Part shown: positions 18,601-29,815 of the stretch, piece after piece | Layout of the letters: the number at the start of each line of letters is the position of its first letter | How positions within the stretch are numbered: position 1 is the stretch's first letter | Source: an uncultured Pseudomonadota bacterium | Lineage (GTDB): Bacteria; Pseudomonadota; Alphaproteobacteria; UBA9219 | Direction: 5' to 3' | Assembly: GCA_903824505.1 (NCBI GenBank) | Contig: CAIJXG010000045.1 | Coordinates: 756 to 64,755, forward strand | Length of the DNA stretch: 64,000 nucleotides | Position numbers and translations under genes: made by a program | Notes under the pieces: model-generated | The model's input: only the letters and a program-made list of their open reading frames with translations | Told to the model about the DNA's origin: nothing | The model's database searches: none

Positions 18601-20271
18601 ATGTCTCTGTGCATCCAATATAGCCGCCCCGATTCCGGCCAAGAGGAAGGCGAAGTTTACGGCCTTGACGTCGCCGTCACGCGCTTTCTTTCGGCGTGGT
18701 TTCGCTATGGCACCGCGCGGCCTTTTCTGTGCCGTCCCACAACTTTGGAGAGTTTCGATCATTTTAAAGAGGTCGCGGCGTCCCAAGGGATCGATGCCGA
18801 AAAGGACTGTATCGGGTTGGATCCTCGGCATCCTGAAAAGAATCTGCAAACTCTTTCCTGCATCTTTCGGCCCGATCCCTTAACGGCGGATCTTGTCTGG
18901 CGGCGGGTACAAATGCGCGGCAGCGGCTTTGCTACTTGTGGGCTTGTGCATACCATGAGCGGTGAGCGTATCGCCCAAGCCGCATGCGATTTGATGCTGG
19001 CCCCCAGTGACGCGACAGACGCGCTGATTTGCCCGTCTCAGGCGATAGGCGCGGCCGTCCGGAATTTATGGGACATTCAAGCTGATTATTTTAAACACCG
19101 TTTCGGCGGATCTTTCACCTGTCCCGTTCAAACACCTGTTTTGCCGATTGGGATCGATACGCAGATTTTTGAAGGCCGCACCACGCCCGAGAAAAGACAG
19201 GCTCAACGGGCGCAGCTGAATAGTCCTGAAGACGAAATCATTATTCTTTTTGTAGGACGGCTGAGCTTTGCGACCAAGGCTCATCCGCTGCCTTTGTTGA
19301 TGGCGGCCGATCGCGCGGCGCGCGGAACAAAAAAGAGAATCCGCCTTGTCCTGTATGGCTATTTCAAGCCCAAGGATATGGAAACGCCGTTCCGCGCTTT
19401 GGCGGCGGATTATGCAGGCGCGGCACAGGTAACGTTCGTTCAAAATGGCGATCCGCGCTTTCCAGACGGGCTTTGGGCCGCCGCAGATATTTTCGCGTCT
19501 TTATCCGACAATGTGCAGGAAAGTTTCGGCCTCACCCCCCTTGAAGCGATGGCCAGCGGGCTTCCGGCGGTTGTCAGCGATTGGGACGGGTATCGAGAAG
19601 GCATCCGAAATGGCGAAGAAGGTTTTTTGATCCCGACTCTGACGCCCCCCGAATCCGCGGGGATGGCTCTGGCCCAAACTTATTATAATGAAGGCAATTA
19701 TGGAGTCGCCTTGACGGCTGCCGCCCAAAGCACGGCGATAGACGTGGACGAGGCCGCCCGCGCCTTCAGCCTGTTGGCGACAGATGCCAATCTGCGCAGC
19801 AGGATGGGAGAGAAGGGCCGTGCCCGCGCCCGCGCCGTTTTCGATTGGCAACCTGTGATGCGTTCTTATGAGGCTCTATGGGCCGACCTTGCCGAAAAAC
19901 GGCGCATGATGCCACGAGCCCCCGCAACGCCCGAAAATTGGGCGGCCGCGCACCCCTCTTTCCCGAACCCGTGGCGCATGTTTGCGCGTTTTCCGACAAC
20001 CCCCATTCTGCCCACGGATATTCTGCACGCGGTGATGGGGGCAGAAGAAGTCACAACGCTTCTGAAACATGAAATGAATTTCTTCGTCCCCGCTTTGCTT
20101 GTGCCCCGCGAGACTCTTCTCGAGCTGATCGCCCTGATTCGCCGCGCAGGATCGGTCCATGTGCAAGATCTTCTCGCGCCCTTTCCGACAGAACGACAGG
20201 ACAGCCTGTGGCGCTGCATCGGCTGGATGGTCAAATATGGGGTCTGTCGCCTGCAACGGGTTGGGGGGTAG
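18601..20271 (+). CDS. Glycosyltransferase (GT4/GT1-like, glycos_transf_1 C-terminal domain)
   Basis: ESFGLTPLEAMASGLPAVVSDWDGYREGI is the canonical GT4 E-x7-E region; 556 aa with a long N-terminal domain. Confidence 0.75.
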   Translation: MSLCIQYSRPDSGQEEGEVYGLDVAVTRFLSAWFRYGTARPFLCRPTTLESFDHFKEVAASQGIDAEKDCIGLDPRHPEKNLQTLSCIFRPDPLTADLVWRRVQMRGSGFATCGLVHTMSGERIAQAACDLMLAPSDATDALICPSQAIGAAVRNLWDIQADYFKHRFGGSFTCPVQTPVLPIGIDTQIFEGRTTPEKRQAQRAQLNSPEDEIIILFVGRLSFATKAHPLPLLMAADRAARGTKKRIRLVLYGYFKPKDMETPFRALAADYAGAAQVTFVQNGDPRFPDGLWAAADIFASLSDNVQESFGLTPLEAMASGLPAVVSDWDGYREGIRNGEEGFLIPTLTPPESAGMALAQTYYNEGNYGVALTAAAQSTAIDVDEAARAFSLLATDANLRSRMGEKGRARARAVFDWQPVMRSYEALWADLAEKRRMMPRAPATPENWAAAHPSFPNPWRMFARFPTTPILPTDILHAVMGAEEVTTLLKHEMNFFVPALLVPRETLLELIALIRRAGSVHVQDLLAPFPTERQDSLWRCIGWMVKYGVCRLQRVGG

Positions 20272-21840
20272 GCCGTGCTAGCGTTTTTTGGAAACCTCGC
20301 CGAACAAGAAGCCTCCATATATCCTGTCCTCGCACGACGCCCGAAAAATGCAACGCCACCCCATAGGCAAGGCTTGATGCCCCTATCAGCGCAGAAAGGG
20401 CGAGGATTTCTTGGATCAAAGAAGGGGCACTGATCCGATCCCACAAAAAGTGATCGAGCGCGAGGCAGAGCAAGCCCATCCAAAGGGCGCAGAGGATCAG
20501 TTTGCGGATCAAAACCGGAAGAGTTGCCTCGGCCAGTTGGATGCGTTTTTGCCTCAAGCGCCGCAGCAAAAACGCGGCGTTGATCCAGACGGCAAGGCTG
20601 CTGGCCAGCGCGATTCCGACAGGCCCCATGGGGCCAACCAAAAGAACCGCTCCGGCAATATTCGCGCCGATGGCGATCAGAGCGATGCGGACGGGCGTTT
20701 TTGTATCGTGTCGAGCGAAGAATCCCGCTGCAAAGACTTTAACCAACAGAAAAGCCGGAACGCCCAGAGCATAGGCTGCAAGGACTTGGGCTGTGGCTTT
20801 CGTATCCTCTGCGGTAAAGGCGCCATGTTGGAAAAGCGTTTGAATAATGGGCGTTGCGAGAAGCGACAGGCCCAGCGTGGCGGGCAGCCCCAGCGCGAGA
20901 CAAAAGACGATTGCGCGGCTGTTGAGACGACGCGCCTGATCCTCCTCTCCGGCTTCGATATGCCGCGTCAACAAGGGCAAGAGGGTTGTCGCGACCGCTA
21001 TGCCGATGATCCCCAAAGGAGTTGATTGAGACGATCCGCATAGAACAAATAGGAAACAGCTCCGGTTGGCAGGGTTGAGGCCAGAATCGTTGAAACCAAA
21101 AGATTAATTTGCGCCGCCCCCGCGCCGACTGCGCCGGGGCCAATACGGTGAAAAAGTTTTCGAACAGCCTCGCCAAAATGGGGTTTCAAAAGAGGAATTG
21201 CAAGCCGCGCGCGGGCGCAACTGATGGCAAGCCACACGCATTGCACCGCACCCGACACCGTGACGGCCCAAGCGAGGGTCAAGGCGACATCCCAGCCGAA
21301 AAACTGGGCCAACAGCATTCCCGCGATCAGAACCAGATTAAGAGCAATAGGCGCAGCTGCGCCCGGCCCAAAACGCCCGCGTGCGTTTAAAACCCCCGTT
21401 TGCAGAGCGGTCACCGAGATCAGGGCCAGATAGGGAAAGGTAATCGTTGAAAAACGTACCGCCAGATCGAATTTCTGCGGATCATGTTCAAAGCCCGGGG
21501 CAAGAATCAGCATCAATTTTGGCATCCAAAACATGACCAGAATTGAAAAAGGCAAAAGAAAAGCCAGCAGAGCCATCAGCGCTTGCCCAGCAAAACGCTG
21601 CGCGGCTTCTTCGCCGTGCCGTTCATGCTCGATCGTATAAAGGGGAACGAAGGCCGCTGAAAATGCGCCTTCGGCAAACAGGCTGCGGAAAAGGTTCGGA
21701 AGACGTTGGGCGACAAAAAACGCATCGGCCTCCATCCCTGCGCCTAAAAATACCGCCGTCAGAGAATCGCGAATGAATCCGCCTATGCGGCTCAGCAGGG
21801 TCAGGCCGCTGACGGTGGCAAGGGCGCGCCCGAAGCTCAT
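20231..21840 (-). pseudogene. murJ: Lipid II flippase MurJ, interrupted by a 1-nt frameshift
   Basis: The N-terminal part (20998..21840, MSFGRALATVSGLTLLSRIGGFIRD...VSYLFYADRLNQL) and the C-terminal part (20231..21016, LGIIGIAVATTLLPLLTRH...) match MurJ consecutively. The frames differ by -1 at the run ctcc[c]tttgggg near 21011-21021. Confidence 0.7.
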
Positions 21841-22613
21841 GGTGCGTCTATAATCTGATAGAGGATAATAAAGACCAAGGCAGCGCATAAAGCGGGGGCA
21901 AAGGGAAATTGTTTGCTGCCGTCTTTCGATCGATGCAGAAGGGAAAACAAAACGCCAATCAACCCGCCAAGGCCCAGAAACCATGGGGCGGAATGGGGGT
22001 GCAGCCAGAATCCGGCCGCCGCGAAGAATTTGACATCCCCCAGCCCAAGCATCTCGATGCCGCGCCATTTGCTGTAGACCAGAGCCAGAAAAAGCCCCAA
22101 CCCCAGCAAAGCGCCCGCGACGGCAACGCCCAGATAAAGATCCGCGCCGCTAAGTTCCAAAAAGATGATTCCCAAAATCCCCAACAGCAAATTATGCCCG
22201 TCCGGAATAATCCCGTAATGAAGATCCACGAGCGCCAGCGCAGGCAAAAGCCCCATCACCAAGCAAAGAGGAACCGCCGTCAGCGACCAATCTTGAAGAT
22301 ACATCGCCAGAATTCCCAAAAGGAATCCCATCAATTCGGCCACCGGCTGTTGCCAAAGTTTTTTGCGTAATCCGCAAGGGCAAGGAAAAGAAAATGTACC
22401 CGGCCGCAAGAGCCAGCCGATCAAGGGAAGCGCTTCTTGCCCCGTTAAAGGCCTGAAACACCACGCGCAATGAGGGAATCGGCTCTCCCCGGGCATGCGG
22501 TCGGCCGACCGCATGCCGAAGGTCAGACACAGGCTGGCAGCCAACAGCCCCAGCCCTCCCCCCGCCAGAAGATGAAGGATATTCGCGATCAGATGGTGGG
22601 GATGATGGGACAT
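21837..22613 (-). CDS. Prepilin peptidase (A24 family; TadV/CpaA/PilD-like)
   Basis: Polytopic membrane protein with the GDVKF active-site motif; 258 aa. Its stop overlaps the murJ start (ATGA). Confidence 0.75.
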   Translation of the reverse strand: MSHHPHHLIANILHLLAGGGLGLLAASLCLTFGMRSADRMPGESRFPHCAWCFRPLTGQEALPLIGWLLRPGTFSFPCPCGLRKKLWQQPVAELMGFLLGILAMYLQDWSLTAVPLCLVMGLLPALALVDLHYGIIPDGHNLLLGILGIIFLELSGADLYLGVAVAGALLGLGLFLALVYSKWRGIEMLGLGDVKFFAAAGFWLHPHSAPWFLGLGGLIGVLFSLLHRSKDGSKQFPFAPALCAALVFIILYQIIDAP

Positions 22614-22619
22614 GGGGGA

Positions 22620-22808
22620 TTAAATGATTTCAAAGGACGGCGTCGAGACCTCAACCGTCAAGCAGCGGGCATCGAAGTCCTTTTGTATTTTCTTATCAAC
22701 CAACCCAAGGCGATGCAAACCGCTGATGCCGTTATGAACGGCTTCAGCGATCTTGCTGCGATATACTCGGGTTGCAAAGGAACCCGACCTTTTTATCTTT
22801 TTTGCCAT
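22620..22808 (-). CDS. Small hypothetical protein (62 aa)
   Basis: ORF only. Lies between the prepilin peptidase and fba. Low support. Confidence 0.25.
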   Translation of the reverse strand: MAKKIKRSGSFATRVYRSKIAEAVHNGISGLHRLGLVDKKIQKDFDARCLTVEVSTPSFEII

Positions 22809-22882
22809 AAGGAACCTCCCACCATTCTTGAGTCTTAATCATAAGGCATGGGAATCCTAAAGCTCTTTCTACCTCAAGCCCC

Positions 22883-23962
22883 CTACCCCGCTTGTGTCTT
22901 GCCTACCGATCCTAAATCTTTAAACGCCTCGTCCATACGGGTGGCGAGAGTCTTTTCTCCGGCGCGGAGCCATTTGCGAGGATCATAGAGGCTCTTTAAC
23001 GGCTTGTGCGTTTCCGGATGGATCTGATACCGGAAGGCTTCCGGATTTTGCGTGACATAGGCTCCGACGCCTTGGGAAAACGCGAATTGCGTATCCGTGT
23101 CGATATTCATTTTGAACACGCCATAGGTAATCGCATCCGCGATGTCTTTCTTGTCAGAGCCTGATCCGCCATGAAAGACAAAATTCACGGGCTTTTGTTT
23201 CTTGTGCCGCGATTCGATCAAATCTTGAGAATTTTTCAAGATTTCGGGCTTCAGTTTCACGTTTCCGGGCGCATAGACTCCATGCACATTACCGAAGGAA
23301 GCGGCAACCGAGAAATGCCCGATGGGGGTCAGCGTGTCAAAGGCCCGCAGAACATCTTCGGGATGGGTGTATAAACGGCTGTGATCGGTTTCCGAAAGAT
23401 CTTCCGAGCCGACACCGTCTTCCTCGCCTCCCGTAATGCCAAGCTCCAGCTCAAGGCTCATCCCCAAAGGAGCCAGACGCGCCAAAATACGGCTGCATTC
23501 AGCCAAATTGGTATCCAAAGATTCTTCCGACAAATCAATCATGTGGGAGGAGAAAAGCGGCGTGCCGTTTTTCTTAAAGAACGTCTCGCCCTGCGCGATC
23601 AGCCCCTCGACCCAAGGCAAAAGGCCGCGATTGGCATGATCGGTGTGCAACACCACGCACACGCCATATTGTTCCGCCATTAAATGTACATGCTGCGCCG
23701 CCGACACGGCGCCCAGAATCTTCGCTTGCAGCCCATCGGCAAGAGAGGGGCCTCCGAAAAACTGCGCCCCACCGCCGGAAAGCTGAATAATCACGTCGGA
23801 TTTGTTCCGCGCCGCCGATTCCAGCACGGCATTCACGCTGTTCGTGCCCACGACATTGACGGCAGGCAGCGCATAACCGCCCGCTTTACAGGCGGCCACA
23901 AGCTTCTGATAGGACTCGCCCCAGACAACACCGGATTTTAGTTTGGAAGAAGATACGGTCAT
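22883..23962 (-). CDS. fba: Fructose-bisphosphate aldolase, class II
   Basis: VIIQLSGGGAQFFGG, HTDHANRG, LELELGITGGEEDG; 359 aa. Confidence 0.93.
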   Translation of the reverse strand: MTVSSSKLKSGVVWGESYQKLVAACKAGGYALPAVNVVGTNSVNAVLESAARNKSDVIIQLSGGGAQFFGGPSLADGLQAKILGAVSAAQHVHLMAEQYGVCVVLHTDHANRGLLPWVEGLIAQGETFFKKNGTPLFSSHMIDLSEESLDTNLAECSRILARLAPLGMSLELELGITGGEEDGVGSEDLSETDHSRLYTHPEDVLRAFDTLTPIGHFSVAASFGNVHGVYAPGNVKLKPEILKNSQDLIESRHKKQKPVNFVFHGGSGSDKKDIADAITYGVFKMNIDTDTQFAFSQGVGAYVTQNPEAFRYQIHPETHKPLKSLYDPRKWLRAGEKTLATRMDEAFKDLGSVGKTQAG

Positions 23963-24160
23963 GGAAAAGCCTTTTGGAGGGGGAGAGAAAAGGTACCCAG
24001 CTCAATAGCCAACGCACGGGTTTTTGTCTATATCGGACGAAAGATTGCTGTAGGGGCTTCACAAACGCATTATTTTGTTGCATATCCCGCCCTGTAAGCG
24101 CGCTCGGCCAAAGTTTTTTGAAAAAAAATTCTACGTCACCCCATAGTCAAGGAGCTTCGC

Positions 24161-25504
24161 GTGTCGAACGATCAACATGGCGGCATTGTTGTTACAGCGG
24201 AAGAGATAAAGGCCAACACAAAGACTCGCGACGACGGAAGCCAAGTTGTCACGATTCCGGATTTTAATTTCAAAATCGTTATCACGGCTAATAAGCTCCT
24301 TCACATTCCCTTTATGACCTTCTCGGATATCCATTGGGGAACCGCAGCTTGTCGCGCAAAAAGACTTGCACAAGCCCTTGAGAATCTATCCATAGATGTT
24401 CTGTTTTTAATCGGGGATATTGTTGACGGTGAAAGGTTAGGGACGAAAAAAAAGTGGAAATTTCCCCTTTGGCATCAAGAGGGAATGGCCCATATTTTAC
24501 GTTTTGTGGCTAAGGGAACGAAGGTCACCTATATACCCGGCAATCATGATATTGATGTCCGCAAGCAAACAATTTGGCATGGGCCAGCAAATCAAAAAGA
24601 AGAAAAACTTCACCATAATCTTTGTGGGCGGACCTTTTTAGGTATGAAGGTTGTTGAGGAGGCATTTTTTGTTGATCCACAGAACCGCCGCATCAAGCTG
24701 ATCCATGGCGATCAATATGACGATGACCTTTTTGGTAAAAATAAAGAGTTTTGGTATCACCTTGGGGACGCTGCTTATGAAATTCTTGGCACCCTTGATT
24801 CAGCCGTTCATCACGTCCCCGGGTTCGGACACCTATCTATTCAGGCCATCCTAAAAAGAGCGACAAAGAAAACCATTGAAAATTGTCTTGGCGTACTTCG
24901 CGTTATTACGGATGCGCTGGATAATAAACACCACGATACAGATATCGAGATCTACGGGCATTCTCATATGCCAAGCATTCGCCAGACACCCGGGGGAAAG
25001 CTTTTGGTGAATGATGGAAGTTGCACCGAACATGTGCAAGGGACAGGTGGGGACGAAGATGGACAAATAGCCAACTTCGAATGGCATAAAGACCGCATCA
25101 TTCTCATAACAAAAGAGGGCCAACAGAGGACTTTCTTTTGGAAGGATCTTGGACTTTCTCATTTCAGTGAGGAGCCAAGGCGTATTGAGGATGAGTCCAA
25201 GAAACGGGTGAGCCAACTCGAACGGATTATGTACAGGTTGTGGCCTCCGCGCGAGCGTCAAACTCAGCGGGAAATGAGGATCCGTCAACCGGAAAGGATA
25301 GAGAATCTAAAACGATACTGGTTCCCGCAAGAATGGTATCCACCCATAAAACCTTATGTCCCCCCCTCAGCGGGCAAAATCCCCCTTCCCAATCTGGCAG
25401 AAGAAGAGAGAGAGGCAAGACGAGCGGACTGCAAATCAGGAACATGGAAAAGCCCTAAAATTTTCTCACGGTCTCCCAAACCACCCCCCCCTTCCTTAGG
25501 TTAA
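24161..25504 (+). CDS. Calcineurin-like metallophosphoesterase with a Pro-rich C-terminal tail
   Basis: Metal-binding motifs FSDIHWG, GDIVDG, GNHD, HGDQYD, GHSHMP; GTG start. The C-terminal ~100 aa is low-complexity (PPIKPYVPP...KPPPPSLG). The segment is AT-rich. Confidence 0.7.
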   Translation: MSNDQHGGIVVTAEEIKANTKTRDDGSQVVTIPDFNFKIVITANKLLHIPFMTFSDIHWGTAACRAKRLAQALENLSIDVLFLIGDIVDGERLGTKKKWKFPLWHQEGMAHILRFVAKGTKVTYIPGNHDIDVRKQTIWHGPANQKEEKLHHNLCGRTFLGMKVVEEAFFVDPQNRRIKLIHGDQYDDDLFGKNKEFWYHLGDAAYEILGTLDSAVHHVPGFGHLSIQAILKRATKKTIENCLGVLRVITDALDNKHHDTDIEIYGHSHMPSIRQTPGGKLLVNDGSCTEHVQGTGGDEDGQIANFEWHKDRIILITKEGQQRTFFWKDLGLSHFSEEPRRIEDESKKRVSQLERIMYRLWPPRERQTQREMRIRQPERIENLKRYWFPQEWYPPIKPYVPPSAGKIPLPNLAEEEREARRADCKSGTWKSPKIFSRSPKPPPPSLG

Positions 25505-25553
25505 CCTCCTTTAAAAGATAGTTTTCCCCCTGCGCCTGTCATAGATTTCCCCC

Positions 25554-27638
25554 ATGACCTTTCCTGTCTTTGCCGATGTTGTGCGTCCTGATTTCCGGCC
25601 CGAGGCGGGACGGCGGTTTCAGCTTGTCTCGGATTACAGGCCCGCGGGCGATCAGCCTCAGGCGATTGCCGCGTTGACCCAAGGTTTTATAGAAGCGCAG
25701 CGCGATCAGGTTTTGCTGGGCGTGACGGGATCGGGCAAGACTTTTACGGTCGCGCATACGATTCAAAACCTTCAGCGTCCGGCTTTGATTCTGGCGCCGA
25801 ATAAGACTCTTGCCGCCCAGCTCTATGGCGAGATGAAAAGCTTTTTCCCCCACAATGCGGTCGAATATTTCGTCAGCTATTACGATTATTATCAGCCTGA
25901 GGCCTACGTCCCGCGCTCGGACACTTATATCGAAAAAGAATCCATGGTGAATGAGCAGTTGGACCGGATGCGCCACGCCGCCACCCGCGCCTTGCTGGAA
26001 CGCGACGATGTCATCATCGTGGCTTCTGTATCCTGCATCTATGGCATCGGCTCGGTGGAAACCTATCAAAGCATGGTGCTGGGGTTGGCGCAGGGGCAAG
26101 AAATCGGGCGGCAGGTTTTATTATCGACGCTGGTTGAGCTCCAATACAAGCGCAACGATATTGGCTTTGGACGCGGGGATTTTCGTGTAAAGGGCGACAC
26201 CATCGAAATTTTCCCCTCCCATATGGAAAGCACCGCGTGGCGCTTGGTGATGTTCGGGGATGAGGTTGAAAAGATCATCGAGATCGACCCGCTGACAGGT
26301 GAAAAAGGCGAAACCCTAGAGGCCGTGAAGCTCTACGCCAACAGCCACTATGTGACGCCGAAACCGACTCTGGCTCAGGCGGCCGAGCAAATTAAAATTG
26401 AGCTGAAACTGCGTTGTACCCAGCTTTTGGCGGAAGGGAAATTGCTGGAAGAACAGCGATTGCGCGAGCGCACGACTTTTGATCTAGAAATGATGGTGGC
26501 CACCGGTGGCTGCGCGGGGATTGAAAATTATTCACGCTATCTGACAGGGCGCGGCGCGGGTGAGGCACCCCCGACTTTGTTCGAATATCTGCCCCGTAAT
26601 GCCGTTCTGTTCGTGGATGAAAGCCATGTGATGATCCCGCAGCTCAACGCCATGTATCGCGGCGATTTTGCGCGAAAAACAACGCTGTCAACCTATGGAT
26701 TCCGCCTGCCCTCTTGTGCGGATAACAGGCCGTTAAAGTTTGAGGAATGGGAGAAAATGCGTCCCCCCACGGTCTTTGTGTCGGCAACCCCGGGCCCGTG
26801 GGAGATCAATCAGACGGGGGGCGTTTTCGTCGAGCAAGTCGTGCGCCCGACAGGCCTTATGGATCCTCCGGTGATCATACGCCCGACCGATAAACAGGTG
26901 GATGATTTGCTCGAGGAAGTCCGGCTTGTCCGCGCGAAAGGCTTGCGCACTCTGGTGACGACTCTGACCAAAAAAATGGCAGAAGCGCTGACGGAATATA
27001 TGGGCGATGCGGGAATCAAAGTGCGCTATGTCCATTCCGATGTGGACACGATTGAACGGATCGAGATTATCCGGGATTTGAGACTCGGTTTGTATGATGT
27101 GCTGGTGGGCATCAATCTGTTGCGCGAGGGGTTGGATATTCCCGAATGCGGCCTTGTGGCGATTTTAGATGCGGATAAAGAAGGCTATTTGCGCTCGCGC
27201 ACCGCGCTGATTCAGACCATCGGTCGCGCGGCGCGAAATCTGGAAGGCCGCGCGATTTTGTATGCCGACCGCATCACGGGCAGCATGAAAGCGGCGATTG
27301 AGGAAACCAGCCGCCGCCGCGAAAAACAAGAAGCCTATAACAGCGCCAACGGCATCACGCCGGAATCGGTCAAGAAATCCATCGGGGATATTCTCTCTTC
27401 GGTCTATGAGCGGGATCATGTAACCGTTCCTGCGGGATTTGCGGGGGACACCAACCTGTCCGGAAAAGACCTGAGAACGCACCTCAAAGATTTGGATCAA
27501 CGCATGAAAGCGGCGGCTGGGAATCTGGAATTCGAAGAAGCCGCGCGGCTGCGGGATGAAATAAGGCGGCTGGAAGCGGCCGAGCTAGGGGTAACTTTGT
27601 CCCCACCCGCAAAGCCTGCTAAAAAGAAACGACGTTAA
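25554..27638 (+). CDS. uvrB: Excinuclease ABC subunit B
   Basis: [36 protein letters not shown] (Walker A/helicase motif I), [14 protein letters not shown]-terminal UVR domain ([12 protein letters not shown]); 694 aa. Confidence 0.95.
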   Translation: MTFPVFADVVRPDFRPEAGRRFQLVSDYRPAGDQPQAIAALTQGFIEAQRDQVLLGVTGSGKTFTVAHTIQNLQRPALILAPNKTLAAQLYGEMKSFFPHNAVEYFVSYYDYYQPEAYVPRSDTYIEKESMVNEQLDRMRHAATRALLERDDVIIVASVSCIYGIGSVETYQSMVLGLAQGQEIGRQVLLSTLVELQYKRNDIGFGRGDFRVKGDTIEIFPSHMESTAWRLVMFGDEVEKIIEIDPLTGEKGETLEAVKLYANSHYVTPKPTLAQAAEQIKIELKLRCTQLLAEGKLLEEQRLRERTTFDLEMMVATGGCAGIENYSRYLTGRGAGEAPPTLFEYLPRNAVLFVDESHVMIPQLNAMYRGDFARKTTLSTYGFRLPSCADNRPLKFEEWEKMRPPTVFVSATPGPWEINQTGGVFVEQVVRPTGLMDPPVIIRPTDKQVDDLLEEVRLVRAKGLRTLVTTLTKKMAEALTEYMGDAGIKVRYVHSDVDTIERIEIIRDLRLGLYDVLVGINLLREGLDIPECGLVAILDADKEGYLRSRTALIQTIGRAARNLEGRAILYADRITGSMKAAIEETSRRREKQEAYNSANGITPESVKKSIGDILSSVYERDHVTVPAGFAGDTNLSGKDLRTHLKDLDQRMKAAAGNLEFEEAARLRDEIRRLEAAELGVTLSPPAKPAKKKRR

Positions 27639-27650
27639 TCCCGTGGAGCT

Positions 27651-28874
27651 TTGTTTCTTATGAAAATTCTTCTTGTTTCGGTAAATCATGCGCCTGAGCA
27701 AACAGGTATCGGCAAGTATCAGGGCGAAATGGCCGCGTGGCTTGTCCGGCGCGGCCATAGCGTCCGCGTGATTACCACACCGCCCCATTATCCGGAATGG
27801 AAGATTCACGCAGGCTATACAGGCCGCGCCTATCGCACCGAGATTTTGGACGGCGCAAAGGTCGTTCGCGTGCCCGTTTACGTCCCCGCTTCTCCAACAG
27901 GGCTGAGGCGCGTTTTGCATCTTTTGTCTTTTGGCGTGACCTCTGCGCCCGTTATCCTGAAGGAGACGTTGCTTTGGAGGCCGGATGTCGTGTTTGTGAC
28001 CGAGCCGCCTTTGACCGCCGTTCCGATGGCGCTTTTGGGGGCTTTTTTGTGCGGCGCGCGCACGCAGCTTCATGTGCTGGATTTCGAAGTTGATGCGGCT
28101 TTTCAACTTGGGATTCTCAAGCCGAAGATTCTGCTTTGTCTGGTTTCCGCCGTCGAGCGTTTCTTGATGCGCGGCTTTCGGATTGTCAGCACACTGACGC
28201 CCCGCATGCGCGAGCGTTTGTTGGCCAAGGGTGTGCCCGAAGCGCGTGCGTTGCTGTTGCCGATTTGGGCGAATGTCGAGGATTTCGATCACGCGCCCGA
28301 TGGCCAAGAGTGGCGGCTGCAACAGGGAATCGATCCAAACACCATCATTGCGCTTTATTCCGGCAATCTGGGGCAGAAACAGGGACTTGAGACCATTGTC
28401 GGCGCAGCGCGCTTGCTGGAGTCCGAGACCAAGATCCGCTTTATCGTTGCGGGGGATGGATCCGGGCGTGCGCAGCTGATGGATATGGCGCGAGGGTTGT
28501 CGAACATCTCGTTCCTGCCTGTGCAGCCGCGAGACTCATTCGTTCCGATGATGCGCGCGGCTGATCTACATCTTTTGCCTCAACGGGCGCAGGCGGCGGA
28601 TCTTGTGATGCCCTCTAAGCTGGGGAATATATTGGCTAGCGGCCGCCCTGTAGTAGCGGGAGCCTCCTCGGGCACACAGCTTTTTGATGCGGTTCAGGGC
28701 TGTGGCTTTGCCGTGCCGCCTGATGATGCCAAGGCTTTTGCGGCCGCCATTCGGCAGTTAGCGGACGACAAGGCTTTACGCGAGACAACGGGCGCTGAAG
28801 GAATCCGCCGCGCCCATGCGGAATGGAGCCGAGAGACTCTTTTGACGCGGATGGAAGCGGGATTTTCTTCTTGA
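27651..28874 (+). CDS. WcaI-like GT4 glycosyltransferase
   Basis: MKILLVSVNHAPEQTGIGKYQGEMAAWLVRRGHSVRVITTPPHYPEWK closely resembles the WcaI N-terminus; 407 aa. Confidence 0.8.
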   Translation: MFLMKILLVSVNHAPEQTGIGKYQGEMAAWLVRRGHSVRVITTPPHYPEWKIHAGYTGRAYRTEILDGAKVVRVPVYVPASPTGLRRVLHLLSFGVTSAPVILKETLLWRPDVVFVTEPPLTAVPMALLGAFLCGARTQLHVLDFEVDAAFQLGILKPKILLCLVSAVERFLMRGFRIVSTLTPRMRERLLAKGVPEARALLLPIWANVEDFDHAPDGQEWRLQQGIDPNTIIALYSGNLGQKQGLETIVGAARLLESETKIRFIVAGDGSGRAQLMDMARGLSNISFLPVQPRDSFVPMMRAADLHLLPQRAQAADLVMPSKLGNILASGRPVVAGASSGTQLFDAVQGCGFAVPPDDAKAFAAAIRQLADDKALRETTGAEGIRRAHAEWSRETLLTRMEAGFSS

Positions 28875-28885
28875 GACTGATAGGG

Positions 28886-28996
28886 TATACTCGGTTTCCT
28901 TGGAAAGCGGAAAGGATGCTCCCCCGTGCAAAACACGGACGCAGCGAAGCTGATGCGCCTTTTGCGCGGACAAAATGTGAGGGGGCCCGAGTATAA
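28886..28996. repeat. MITE-like repeat family A, full copy
   Basis: tatactcggtttccttggaaagcggaaagg...gtgcaaaacacggacgcagcgaagctgatgcgccttttgcgcgga...gggggcccgagtata. Confidence 0.9.
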
Positions 28997-29212
28997 GGGA
29001 AATTTTGCTCAAAAAAACCCCCAAAACCCTTCCGAATTTTGGGGTCTTTCCCTTTTCTTGACAGAAGCGGGGGTTGCTTCTATTTAGGCCTCAACCCGCC
29101 TGATGATCCTGATGACGCGGCAGGCGCTCCGTTCTCGTATAAAATCCAGATGGATTGACGAGACGTTTCTGAAACAACAAGGTCCGTTTGACCCTATCCG
29201 AAGAGACACCCC

Positions 29213-29803
29213 ATGAAACTGTCTGTCAAAGGCAAGCAAGTCGATGTCGGCGATGCTTTTCGCCAGCATATTGAAACGCAGCTAAAAGAAGTCGTTTCCA
29301 AATATTTCACCGATTCGCTGGATGCGCAGGTGACCCTCTCGCGCGAGGCGCATCTGTTCTGCGTGGATATCACCGTTCATGCCGGACGCGGGATCGTGTT
29401 GCAAAGCAAGGATACGGCGGCGGAGCCCTATCCCGCTTTTGATGCGGCCGTCACACGGCTGGCCGGTCGGTTGCGCCGGTATAAAAACAAGATCAAGCAT
29501 CATCACCATGAAAGTTCTAACGTGGCGGAGTCCCTCGTCGCCAACGCCTTCGTCCTACATGGCGAGGATCACGGCCGCGAAGAAGAGGTGAATGACAATC
29601 CCGTGGTCGTCGCCGAAATGACTATGCCCATCGAGCTGTTGACAGTCAGCGAGGCGGTGATGCGGCTTGATCTGGGCGATCTGCAAGCGCTGATGTTCCG
29701 CAATCGCTCGCATGGCGGGCTCAACATGATTTATCGCCGTCCGGACGGGCATATCGGCTGGGTTGACCCCGCTGAAAAAGCCCTTCCGCGCAAGGCCGGT
29801 TAA
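29213..29803 (+). CDS. hpf: Ribosome hibernation-promoting factor (long HPF / sigma-54 modulation protein)
   Basis: MKLSVKGKQVDVGDAFRQHIE...HAGRGIVLQSKD plus a C-terminal dimerisation domain; 196 aa. Confidence 0.9.
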   Translation: MKLSVKGKQVDVGDAFRQHIETQLKEVVSKYFTDSLDAQVTLSREAHLFCVDITVHAGRGIVLQSKDTAAEPYPAFDAAVTRLAGRLRRYKNKIKHHHHESSNVAESLVANAFVLHGEDHGREEEVNDNPVVVAEMTMPIELLTVSEAVMRLDLGDLQALMFRNRSHGGLNMIYRRPDGHIGWVDPAEKALPRKAG

Positions 29804-29815
29804 ATCGGCGCACTC

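Noticed and set aside
25430-25554. LexA box upstream of uvrB
   Set aside because: Only a single GAAC half-site (gaacatggaaaagcc) is present, with no GTTC-N7-GTTC pair.
25539-26099. Minus-strand 186-aa ORF and other ORFs antisense to uvrB, pheT, nusA, the 996-aa ATPase and the histidine kinase
   Set aside because: They are fully embedded antisense to well-supported genes. The amino-acid composition is Arg/Gly/His-rich, typical of GC-rich antisense frames.
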